Shown piece by piece: positions 34,251 to 41,780 of a stretch of DNA of 64,000 nucleotides; position 1 is the first letter of the stretch, and every line of letters starts with the position of its first letter. The position numbers and the translations under genes are program-made. The DNA comes from Candidatus Saccharimonadota bacterium (lineage in GTDB: Bacteria; Patescibacteriota; Saccharimonadia; Saccharimonadales; UBA10212), in NCBI GenBank assembly GCA_016187125.1, contig JACPKF010000007.1:835-64834 (forward strand), written 5' to 3'. The notes below the pieces were generated by a model. The model saw only the letters and a list, made by a program, of their open reading frames with translations. It searched no databases and was not told where the DNA came from.

Positions 34251-36404
34251 ATGGCTGAGACCATAAACCCCTTTGGTAAAAAAGTAATTAGAGTATCAAC
34301 CGATTTTTGCGGCCGCGAGCTGTCACTAGAGGTAAATCGCGTTGGTTTCCGGACTTCAGCGTCTGTGCTGGCCCGTTATGGCGATACGGTGGTGCTGGGC
34401 ACGGCTATGGTTAGCGACGGCCAAGTACAGGGACTGGATTATTTCCCCTTGAGTATCGATTACGAAGAAAAATTTTATGCGGCTGGCAAAATCAGCGGCA
34501 GCCGTTTTATAAAAAGAGAGGGCCGTCCCAGCGATGAAGCCATTTTAATCGGCCGGTTAATCGATCGCCCAATCCGTCCGCTGTGGCCCAAAGGTTATCG
34601 TAACGAAGTTCAAGGTGTTGCAACGGTCCTTAGCATGGACCCGGGCTTCCGCCCCGACATGGTAGCCATGGTAGCCATGAGCGCCGCCTTTATGTTAACC
34701 GGAGCGCCGTTTGAAGGTCCGGTGGCCGGATTACGCATTGGTCTGGTTGATGGTCAACTTACGGCTTTTGCCAGTCCCGAGCAGCTGGATAAAGGCCCAC
34801 TGGACTTAGTAGTTGCTGGCACGAAGGACGGTATTATGATGGTTGAAGCCGGCGCCAATGAAGTTTCCGAGTCCCAAGTCGTTGAAGCTTTGGAATTTGC
34901 CCACAAGATGGTCCAGCCAGCCATTAAATTGCAGAAAGAACTGGTTGAAAAAGTCGGCGTGGTAGCCCGTGAATATGAACTGCTGAAGCCGGATAAGGAA
35001 ATTGTTGATCGGGTTGAGACTTGGCTAGCTGGAAAAATGGGCGCCAACCTTCGTGCCCCCCATCCGGAGCGCGGTGACATAGTTAAAAAGTTGCGCGATG
35101 CTATGTTTGAACATTTTGAAATGAATCCGCCAGCTGGCGGAGGTGATGATTTTGCCGCCCAAAAAGCCGACTTTGACGAAGCTTTTACTATGGCCCTGCA
35201 TCAAGATTTGCGCCAAGCGGTGCTGCATGAAAATATTCGTCCCGATGGCCGCAAGACTACCGAAATTCGGCCACTTTCCAGTGAAGTCGGCTTTTTGCCT
35301 CGAGCCCACGGCTCCAGCTTGTTTACCCGCGGCGTGACTCAGGCTATGAACATCGTTACCTTGGCGCCGCTTTCCTACGCCCAGATGGTAGACACTATGG
35401 AACGCCAGGGCGAACGACGCTATTTGCATCACTACAACGCGCCGGGCTATACGATAGGTGAAGTCCGACGACTGGGCAGCCCCGGCCGGCGTGAAATTGG
35501 CCATGGTTATTTGGCCGAGCGGGCCCTATTGCCGATGCTGCCAGACGAAGCCGATTTCCCATACACTATCCGCTCAGTAACCGAAATTATGAGTCAAAAC
35601 GGCTCAACTTCGATGGCTGCCACATGCTCCAGTACTTTGGCGCTGATGGACGCCGGGGTGCCGCTAAAAGCCCCAGTTAGCGGTATTGCCATGGGACTAA
35701 TGACCAATGGCACAAAGTCGGTAATTTTAAGTGATATTGCTGATGCCGAGGATTTTGCCGGCGATATGGATTTTAAAGTTGCCGGTACCACCAAAGGCAT
35801 CACAGCTCTGCAAATGGACATGAAAGTTCATGGCTTACCGGTAGAAACCTTGGCCAAGACATTGGAACAGGGCAAAGCCGGCCGGGCTGAGATTTTGCAG
35901 CACATGCTTAGCACTCTGCCTGAAGTCCGGCAACAAATGAGCCCCTACGCACCACGAGTTGAAACCATCATAATCAATCCCGAAAAAATCCGTGAAGTTA
36001 TCGGTAAAGGTGGTGAAACGATCAATAAAATCATTGCCGAAACCGGCGCCGAAATTGATATTAAAGATGACGGTATGGTGATGATTGCCAGTCCGGACAA
36101 AAAATCTATCGATGCCGCCCGCCAGTGGATAGAGAGCATCACGGCCGAACCGGAGGTCGGGCGTATTTACGAAAACGTACCAGTAGTTAACGTCATGGAT
36201 TTTGGCGCTTTTGTGCAGATTATGCCCGGTAAAGACGGACTGGTGCATGTCAGCGAAATGAGCGAGCAGCGGGTAGAAAAACCCAGCGACGTCGTTAAAG
36301 AAGGTGATAAAGTGACCGTTAAATTAGTCTCAATTGACGACCGTGGCCGCTTGCAGCTAAGCATGCGAGCGGCACAGCGAGAAATGAAAGAGAAGAAAGA
36401 CTAA
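34251..36404 (+). CDS. pnp: polyribonucleotide nucleotidyltransferase (PNPase)
   Basis: 717 aa with two RNase PH domains, KH (GKGGETINKI) and S1 (GAFVQIMPGKDGLVHVSE). Confidence 0.95.
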   Translation: MAETINPFGKKVIRVSTDFCGRELSLEVNRVGFRTSASVLARYGDTVVLGTAMVSDGQVQGLDYFPLSIDYEEKFYAAGKISGSRFIKREGRPSDEAILIGRLIDRPIRPLWPKGYRNEVQGVATVLSMDPGFRPDMVAMVAMSAAFMLTGAPFEGPVAGLRIGLVDGQLTAFASPEQLDKGPLDLVVAGTKDGIMMVEAGANEVSESQVVEALEFAHKMVQPAIKLQKELVEKVGVVAREYELLKPDKEIVDRVETWLAGKMGANLRAPHPERGDIVKKLRDAMFEHFEMNPPAGGGDDFAAQKADFDEAFTMALHQDLRQAVLHENIRPDGRKTTEIRPLSSEVGFLPRAHGSSLFTRGVTQAMNIVTLAPLSYAQMVDTMERQGERRYLHHYNAPGYTIGEVRRLGSPGRREIGHGYLAERALLPMLPDEADFPYTIRSVTEIMSQNGSTSMAATCSSTLALMDAGVPLKAPVSGIAMGLMTNGTKSVILSDIADAEDFAGDMDFKVAGTTKGITALQMDMKVHGLPVETLAKTLEQGKAGRAEILQHMLSTLPEVRQQMSPYAPRVETIIINPEKIREVIGKGGETINKIIAETGAEIDIKDDGMVMIASPDKKSIDAARQWIESITAEPEVGRIYENVPVVNVMDFGAFVQIMPGKDGLVHVSEMSEQRVEKPSDVVKEGDKVTVKLVSIDDRGRLQLSMRAAQREMKEKKD

Positions 36405-36422
36405 GCGCGGGGAATAAATAAT

Positions 36423-36710
36423 ATGAAACTCTTTAAAATGGGTCCAGAGCCAACTCCCCAAAAACAGTATGAGATGCAACAAAGAATAAGACGCTCAGAT
36501 AAATACATGATCCCTATTTTTATAGGCGGCGCAGTTATATCAGTTATTAATGTTCATAAATATGCTAGTAAGGGTGATGGTGGTAATGCGGTATGGGCTG
36601 CTGTCGCGGTGCTAGCTTTTGGCTTAATTATCGGTCAAATCATAGCCCAAAGAGCCCTAATGAAAGCCCTAAGTAATATAAGAAAAAAGAATGTTAAAAA
36701 AGATATTTGA
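36423..36710 (+). CDS. small membrane protein (95 aa)
   Basis: Two hydrophobic helices. SD-like ggggaataaataat lies upstream. Confidence 0.4.
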   Translation: MKLFKMGPEPTPQKQYEMQQRIRRSDKYMIPIFIGGAVISVINVHKYASKGDGGNAVWAAVAVLAFGLIIGQIIAQRALMKALSNIRKKNVKKDI

Positions 36711-36927
36711 ACAGACCCGAGGCCAGCAACTAATGCGCAAATGGTGGGGCAGGCTGCTACTGGCTGTAATCTTTTGGGCAATTTCCTATGGTTTTATTTC
36801 GCTGGCCATTGACTCCGGTAGCTTGATTGAATACGCCGCGACACTAATTTTCTTAGCCTACGGTGTCAAGTTTGCCATCCGCGCTATTTATCCAGACCAA
36901 AAAAGGTCCGACCTTGGGAAAAGATAG
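36691..36927 (+). CDS. small membrane protein (78 aa)
   Basis: Two hydrophobic helices. It overlaps the previous ORF by 20 nt, and its 3' end runs into repeat F7. Confidence 0.4.
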   Translation: MLKKIFEQTRGQQLMRKWWGRLLLAVIFWAISYGFISLAIDSGSLIEYAATLIFLAYGVKFAIRAIYPDQKRSDLGKR

Positions 36928-36981
36928 GTAAAATCTAGTGATTTTGCATAAAATCTCTTTGCTTTTTCCAAGGTCGGACCT
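36904..36981. repeat. 78-nt hairpin element (family F7): aggtccgaccttgggaaaag ... ctttttccaaggtcggacct
   Basis: 20-nt inverted arms around a ~38-nt centre beginning with aggtaaaa. A second copy is at 42733-42811. It ends directly at the SD of the UDG gene. Confidence 0.7.
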
Positions 36982-36992
36982 CAAGGAGTAAG

Positions 36993-37859
36993 ATGACCAA
37001 ACAAGAAGAACTTGCAAAAATTAAGGCTGATATTGTGAAGCAAAAAATTTGCCCAGACCTGGCCGCCGGTGCCACGCAACTGGTTTTTGGCGATGGTGAT
37101 CCGGACGCCGAGCTAGTCTTTATTGGTGAAGCGCCCGGTAAAAACGAAGATGAGCAAGGTCTGCCATTTGTCGGCGCGGCCGGTAAGTTTTTAAATGAGA
37201 TGCTAGCACTTATAGGGCTAAAACGTGAGGACGTATACATTACCAACATTGTTAAATATCGCCCGCCGGAAAATCGTGACCCATTGCCTGATGAAAAAAC
37301 GGTCTTTTTGCCGTTTTTGCATGCTCAGCTGGCAGTGATTAAGCCCAAAATTGTGGTAACGCTAGGCCGTCACAGCATGGAGTGCTTTTTGCCGGATCTG
37401 AAAATTAGTGTCTGTCACGGCCAAGCCAAAAGGATCAGAGTGGAGAATGGAGAGGGCAGAGTGAAGAAAGTCGTGGCAGGTGGCCAAGTGGCGAGTACGA
37501 TGCAAGGCGCAGGCGAGCAGCGGACTGAAACGTATGGAAAATACGGTGAAGGAGCAGCGCAGCCTGCAACACAGCAGCGTGCCGCAAGTGACAACAGTGT
37601 CGGTGGCTCTGCCGACGACCAGGTTGTTACGTCCTTGGTCATCCTGCCGTTGTTTCATCCGGCGGCGGCCTTATATAACGGCGGAATGCGCCAAACATTA
37701 ATAGACGATTTTATGAAGATACCGCGTATTTTAGCTAAACTTGAGCAGACGCCTAACTCTTTTGATAAACAAAAAACGCGGGAGGTGCAAGTTTCTGTCG
37801 TGTCTCAGCCAGAAGTTAAAAAAGCTGGCCCGAGCCAACTTCAATTAGGTATTAAGTGA
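36993..37859 (+). CDS. family-4 uracil-DNA glycosylase with a ~65-aa internal insert
   Basis: GEAPGKNEDEQGLPFVGAAGKFL and HPAAALYN are family-4 UDG motifs. It is 288 aa against about 190-210 aa typical. Confidence 0.85.
   Translation: MTKQEELAKIKADIVKQKICPDLAAGATQLVFGDGDPDAELVFIGEAPGKNEDEQGLPFVGAAGKFLNEMLALIGLKREDVYITNIVKYRPPENRDPLPDEKTVFLPFLHAQLAVIKPKIVVTLGRHSMECFLPDLKISVCHGQAKRIRVENGEGRVKKVVAGGQVASTMQGAGEQRTETYGKYGEGAAQPATQQRAASDNSVGGSADDQVVTSLVILPLFHPAAALYNGGMRQTLIDDFMKIPRILAKLEQTPNSFDKQKTREVQVSVVSQPEVKKAGPSQLQLGIK
37436..37638 (+). repeat. in-frame translated insertion element (family F3) inside the UDG gene
   Basis: gagtacgatgcaaggcgcaggcgagcagcggactgaaacgtatggaaaatacggtgaaggagcagcgcag is homologous to the fpg insert. 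The peptide is QGAGEQRTETYGKYGEGAAQ. Confidence 0.75.
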
Positions 37860-37863
37860 TGAA

Positions 37864-38059
37864 CCCATCTCACACCTCCACTCCAGCTTCGGAAACTTTG
37901 TGCGGCCTACAACAAGCATACCGCTCGCCCGGCCTTCGTAGCCAAGGCCACTTCGGCGGAGTAGGCTCACCATACCTTACAGGTATGCTTCCTCACCTGA
38001 TGCTTGTTTCGTCTACACCTAAAGGTTTCTCACTTAACAGACTGGAGATATGAAATGGG
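37864..38059. other. ~196-nt rod-like structured element (long imperfect terminal inverted repeats); ncRNA or MITE
   Basis: The 5' cccatctcacacctccactccagcttcggaaactttgtg pairs with the 3' cacctaaaggtttctc...gactggagatatgaaatggg. The internal module cgcccggccttcgtagccaaggccacttcggcggag recurs inverted at ~45940-45975. Confidence 0.5.
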
Positions 38060-38098
38060 CTCAATGAAAACTAAATTTAACAGGAAGGAAAATCATCA

Positions 38099-40186
38099 AT
38101 GGATGACAAAGCAAAAAATCTAGACAGTCAACCATCCAATCAGCCAAATAGTAGAACCGCGCCCGGTCGTAACTTGGTTACTTCAACCGGCCGAAATGTC
38201 TCTAGAGGGGCGGCCATCCGGGCCCAAAAACAAGCGGTTAACGATGCTAATCGGGTAGCTAGTCAATATCTTGATGCAGCCAATAAACATCCGCTGGCTA
38301 GCGGAGACCGGCCAAGACGTGCCAACGTTATTGATGATAATCCGCGGCTAAAAATTATTGGCTTGGGTGGCATGGATGGTGGCGGTTCTAAAAATATGCT
38401 GGTGATCGAATACCAAAATGATGCAATTGTGATTGATTGCGGCAATGATCTAGGCGTTGATCTGCCAGGCATTAACTACGGTATCGCTGATACGACTTAC
38501 CTCGATCAAATAAAAAATAAGCTAAGAGGTTTTGTCATAACCCATGGGCATCTGGACCACATGGGCGGCCTACCTCACATTTTACCCAAATATAACGTGC
38601 CGGTTTATGGCGGCCGTTTTACCATCGGACGGGTGGAGGAAATCTTTCAAAACTTTGGCCTGCCAATGCCCAAGGGCTTTGAGCTTAAAACTGTCATCAT
38701 GAACGAAACAACCCACGAACGTCTTAAAATTGGCGTGTTTTTCGTGGAATTGGTGCGAGTAACCCATGCCATCCCAGGCAGCACCATGGTAGTGGTTGAT
38801 ACACCGGTGGGTAGAATTATAAATACCGGTGACTTTCGCCTAGATCCCAATCCTTTGGATCACGAAAGAACGGATACGGCACGCATTGAGGAACTGTCTC
38901 GTGAAAATGTGCTGCTACTGATGAGCGAAAGTACTACCACCGAAACCCTTGGCCGTACGCTATCGGAAAGCCAAATCGAGAAAAGCTTTATAGACATTAT
39001 GGACCAGGCGCCCGGACGGATTTTCGTGGCTATTTTCTCGACCAATGTCAATCGCATCCAGATGATAGTTAACGCTGCTGTGCACCACGGGCGTAAAGTG
39101 GCGATTGATGGACGCAGCATGATTAGCACGCTGGAAATGGCCGTAAAAAACGGCTTTATGAAGATTCCCAAGGGTACATTTGTACCGATAGCTTCAGTGT
39201 CTAATCTCAAAGATGATCAAGTTGTGGTAGTCAGTACTGGAGCCCAAGGCGAACCGAACTCGGCGCTTCAACGCATGAGTACGGGGGATCATAAATACGT
39301 TGCATTAAAAGAACAAGACACCGTCATTCTGTCTAGCCGGGCTATTCCGTACACCGGCAATGACGCCTTAATACGCTCTATGGTTGATGAGCTCTTTAAA
39401 AAAGGAGTACACGTTTTTCGTCACGAAACCTACGAGCTGGACGGCGGTGGGCCACTGCACGTTTCCGGGCACGGCGGTCAAGAAGAATATCGGGATATGA
39501 TTAAAATGGTCAAACCAAAATTCTTTTTGCCCATTTACGGCGACTATACCGCCAAAAAATACCATATAGATATTGCTTTGGAGGAGGGAATTCCGCGGGT
39601 CAATACACTGAACGTTGACAACGGCCAAGTCATAACGCTTGCTAAAGACAAAATGCAGCTTGGTGGCGAGGTGCCGCATGGCACCATCTTGGTAGATCAA
39701 ACCGGGGCTGTGGTTAGCACGGTGGTGGTTAAAGACCGGGTCCTACTGGCCGAAGAGGGCGTAGTGGCGGTGGTGCTGACTATCGACAAAAAAACCGGCC
39801 AGCTTCTAACTAGCCCAGATATAATCAGCCGCGGCTTTATCTACATGAAAGAGAATGAAGAGCTAATGAATGCTTTTCGCGCCGAACTGCGCCGAGCGGT
39901 TAGCCAGCGCTTTAAGCGGGTTGATCTGGACCGCTTTAAGGCCGAGCTAAAAGACTACGTCACCCACTTTTTGTACGAGCAAACCCAACGCAGCCCAATT
40001 GTCATCCCAGTAGTTAACGTTATTGGCGGCCGGGCAGAAAAAGCCAATAATAATCTGCACGGTGCCGGCCAAGTTGCGCCCAGCGGTGAAACTCCCAAGA
40101 CGCCTGAAGAGATTGCTTTAGAACAGCAGCGCCGATTTGCACAGATGAGGCAACGACTGCTCAACCAAGACGCCCGTGTGGACTAA
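38099..40186 (+). CDS. rnj: ribonuclease J
   Basis: Metallo-beta-lactamase HGHLDHMGG, beta-CASP layout and the conserved HVSGHGGQEE. There is a ~90-aa polar N-terminal extension. Confidence 0.9.
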   Translation: MDDKAKNLDSQPSNQPNSRTAPGRNLVTSTGRNVSRGAAIRAQKQAVNDANRVASQYLDAANKHPLASGDRPRRANVIDDNPRLKIIGLGGMDGGGSKNMLVIEYQNDAIVIDCGNDLGVDLPGINYGIADTTYLDQIKNKLRGFVITHGHLDHMGGLPHILPKYNVPVYGGRFTIGRVEEIFQNFGLPMPKGFELKTVIMNETTHERLKIGVFFVELVRVTHAIPGSTMVVVDTPVGRIINTGDFRLDPNPLDHERTDTARIEELSRENVLLLMSESTTTETLGRTLSESQIEKSFIDIMDQAPGRIFVAIFSTNVNRIQMIVNAAVHHGRKVAIDGRSMISTLEMAVKNGFMKIPKGTFVPIASVSNLKDDQVVVVSTGAQGEPNSALQRMSTGDHKYVALKEQDTVILSSRAIPYTGNDALIRSMVDELFKKGVHVFRHETYELDGGGPLHVSGHGGQEEYRDMIKMVKPKFFLPIYGDYTAKKYHIDIALEEGIPRVNTLNVDNGQVITLAKDKMQLGGEVPHGTILVDQTGAVVSTVVVKDRVLLAEEGVVAVVLTIDKKTGQLLTSPDIISRGFIYMKENEELMNAFRAELRRAVSQRFKRVDLDRFKAELKDYVTHFLYEQTQRSPIVIPVVNVIGGRAEKANNNLHGAGQVAPSGETPKTPEEIALEQQRRFAQMRQRLLNQDARVD

Positions 40187-40354
40187 TATTTCCGGACGCT
40201 GCCTCGACTCGATATAGCTGTTGATTAAAAACAGGCTCGCTCGGGAACTCCTCGGAATTCATCCACTGGATAAATTCTTCGTCAAACAGCCCTCGCACCC
40301 AAGGACGCCTCTTTTCAACAACATCTACTCGGGCCTCGCCAGATGCCCGGAAAT
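40187..40354 (+). repeat. copy E (diverged) of the A/B/C/D/E repeat family, starting immediately after the rnj stop
   Basis: Begins atttccggacgctg and ends cgccagatgcccggaaat (inverted ends). It contains the aattcatcc module. Confidence 0.55.
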
Positions 40355-40475
40355 ATTAGTCCATCCTCCAAAAAATCGAAGCCAAGGACAGACTGTTTTA
40401 CGCTCGCCCGGCTTCAGGTTCGCTGCGCAGGCCTAGAATTCAAACCGTTGGCCACTCTATTGAAGGTTTAGAAAA

Positions 40476-40504
40476 TTGACAAAAGCACATAAATTTGCTA
40501 CAGT
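40476..40504 (+). promoter_or_regulatory. cassette-internal promoter TTGACA-17-TACAGT
   Basis: aaaaTTGACAaaagcacataaatttgcTACAGT is followed by the SD aaaagga and the ATG at 40531. Confidence 0.55.
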
Positions 40505-40530
40505 ATATCTATATTATAAAAAGGATACGT

Positions 40531-41019
40531 ATGACAACTCACGATCATCCACCTTCACCAGAACAACCAGCCACACCTAATTTACTTGGCCTTTTTGAAA
40601 GAGTTGGAATGCTAGTACAAGCGCAGACTGATGAGGACCGAGGTCTTTATCAATCAGACCCTCCTATTCATTATAAGGAGTTCACTCCTGATATAGAAGA
40701 TGGCGAAGACCGAGATCCGGATGTTACTAGCATCACTTGGCCGCTTAAACCTGAATATGATAAAGCCGACCGGTTTCTTCCTAGTGGAGAACTAATGGTA
40801 GGAACAGATGAAAAGGAAATTGTCTATACATTCGGTCGGGTAATCGCTGAAGATTTGGACCAACCAAATACACCAAAAATAAAGAAACGCCAAAAGCTTT
40901 ATAATGTTGCAAATCCCGAATGGGAATCGGAGAGAGAGTTGAGCGACGATGAAGTTGAAGAACTACAAGAAATTCAGAAAGTTCTAGCGGAAATCGAACA
41001 AAAATTAGCAGTAGACTAA
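40531..41019 (+). CDS. hypothetical acidic protein (162 aa), cassette 1 cargo
   Basis: Intact ORF with its own promoter and SD. No motif recognised. Confidence 0.5.
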   Translation: MTTHDHPPSPEQPATPNLLGLFERVGMLVQAQTDEDRGLYQSDPPIHYKEFTPDIEDGEDRDPDVTSITWPLKPEYDKADRFLPSGELMVGTDEKEIVYTFGRVIAEDLDQPNTPKIKKRQKLYNVANPEWESERELSDDEVEELQEIQKVLAEIEQKLAVD

Positions 41020-41020
41020 T

Positions 41021-41050
41021 CTTCTCAACCAAGACGCCCGGGTTGATTAG
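41021..41050 (+). pseudogene. second copy of the rnj 3' end (LLNQDARVD*)
   Basis: ctt ctc aac caa gac gcc cgg gtt gat tag versus the real ctg ctc aac caa gac gcc cgt gtg gac taa. All differences are silent. Confidence 0.85.
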
Positions 41051-41283
41051 CCCTGTTTGCGGTTCTTAAGGAATTCTTCGGTTGTTAGTCCAATATCTTT
41101 ACAAATCTGTCTGAGCAAAATTGGTGAGATATCCCGAGATCCATGAACCGGCACAGTTGTTGCCCGTCCGTCTGGATGCCTGAATTGTTGATGCGAACCG
41201 CGCTGGCGCGCCAAGCTAAAGCCCAGCCTTTCCAAAATGGCGATTACCCCTTTTGGCTTTAAGACAGGCAGCTTAACAGCCAT
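41047..41283 (-). CDS. hicA: HicA-family mRNA interferase toxin
   Basis: The pattern ILERLGFSLARQRGSHQQFRHPDGRATTVPVHGSRDISPILLRQICKDIG is the HicA (YcfA) pattern. Confidence 0.8.
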   Translation of the reverse strand: MAVKLPVLKPKGVIAILERLGFSLARQRGSHQQFRHPDGRATTVPVHGSRDISPILLRQICKDIGLTTEEFLKNRKQG

Positions 41284-41284
41284 T

Positions 41285-41503
41285 TTAGACTGCGACTAAT
41301 TGCGTACCGACGAAATATGATTCTGGCTTCTGGTTATTATCATCTTCGAGCACTAAAGCCACTACCTCTTTGAGATTTTTGTTCAATTCCTCCAGCGTTT
41401 CGCCCTGAGTGTGGGCGCCGGGCAAATCAGGCACATAGGCTACGTACAGACCAGTAGCTACATCCTTTTCAATAATTGCGGTATAGGCTTGCGCGGATTT
41501 CAT
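41285..41503 (-). CDS. hicB: HicB-like antitoxin (UPF0150 fold)
   Basis: YTAIIEKDVATGLYVAYVPDLPGAHTQGETLEELNKNLKEVVAL is the HicB N-domain pattern. It lies 1 nt upstream of hicA. TGtTATAAT is 7 nt before the ATG. Confidence 0.75.
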   Translation of the reverse strand: MKSAQAYTAIIEKDVATGLYVAYVPDLPGAHTQGETLEELNKNLKEVVALVLEDDNNQKPESYFVGTQLVAV

Positions 41504-41538
41504 AATAATAATTATAACACGTTTCGGCTGTGTTCGGG

Positions 41539-41595
41539 CGCCGCTTCGCCCAGATGCGCCAACGTCTGCTTAACCAAGACGCTCGCGTCGACTAG
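41539..41595 (+). pseudogene. third copy of the rnj 3' end (RRFAQMRQRLLNQDARVD*)
   Basis: Of 19 codons parallel to 40130-40186, 10 differ and all are silent (the stop changes TAA to TAG). Confidence 0.88.
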
Positions 41596-41645
41596 TCTCA
41601 ATCCGAGGTCCGAGACTTACTTCATAATAGATAACAGATCAAGAT

Positions 41646-41683
41646 ATGAGAATAGATTCAGCGTTCGCTGAATCTATTCTCAT
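41646..41683. terminator. palindromic hairpin atgagaatagattcagcg-tt-cgctgaatctattctcat
   Basis: An 18-bp stem 50 nt after the last rnj-end copy. It has the same termini as the element at 1561-1661. Confidence 0.6.
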
Positions 41684-41780
41684 ACTCTTTGTCCACCTGC
41701 AGAACCTAGTTATCGACGCGTCGAGTAAGTTAACTGCAAGGGAAGAGAATATTTAATTAGTTAAGTACTTAATGATTTAC

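Noticed and set aside
34754-36364. Multiple 60-160-aa minus-strand ORFs inside pnp, and similar ones inside polA, rnj, purH, pilB/pilT and ftsK
   Set aside because: They are shadow ORFs of long conserved genes. Their translations are Ser/Ala/Arg-rich with no motifs.
40221-40436. 71-aa ORF inside cassette 1 and the 65-aa ORF at 37856-38053
   Set aside because: Both lie entirely within structured repeat elements (copy E and the rod-like element) and lack SD or promoter signals.
12056-41595. Simple target-site duplication or replication slippage as the explanation for the duplicated gene termini
   Set aside because: The copies differ at up to half of their codons, almost exclusively at synonymous sites and including multi-nucleotide codon swaps. 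A recent duplication followed by neutral decay would not produce this pattern. Strain-chimeric assembly remains a caveat and is listed as a check.
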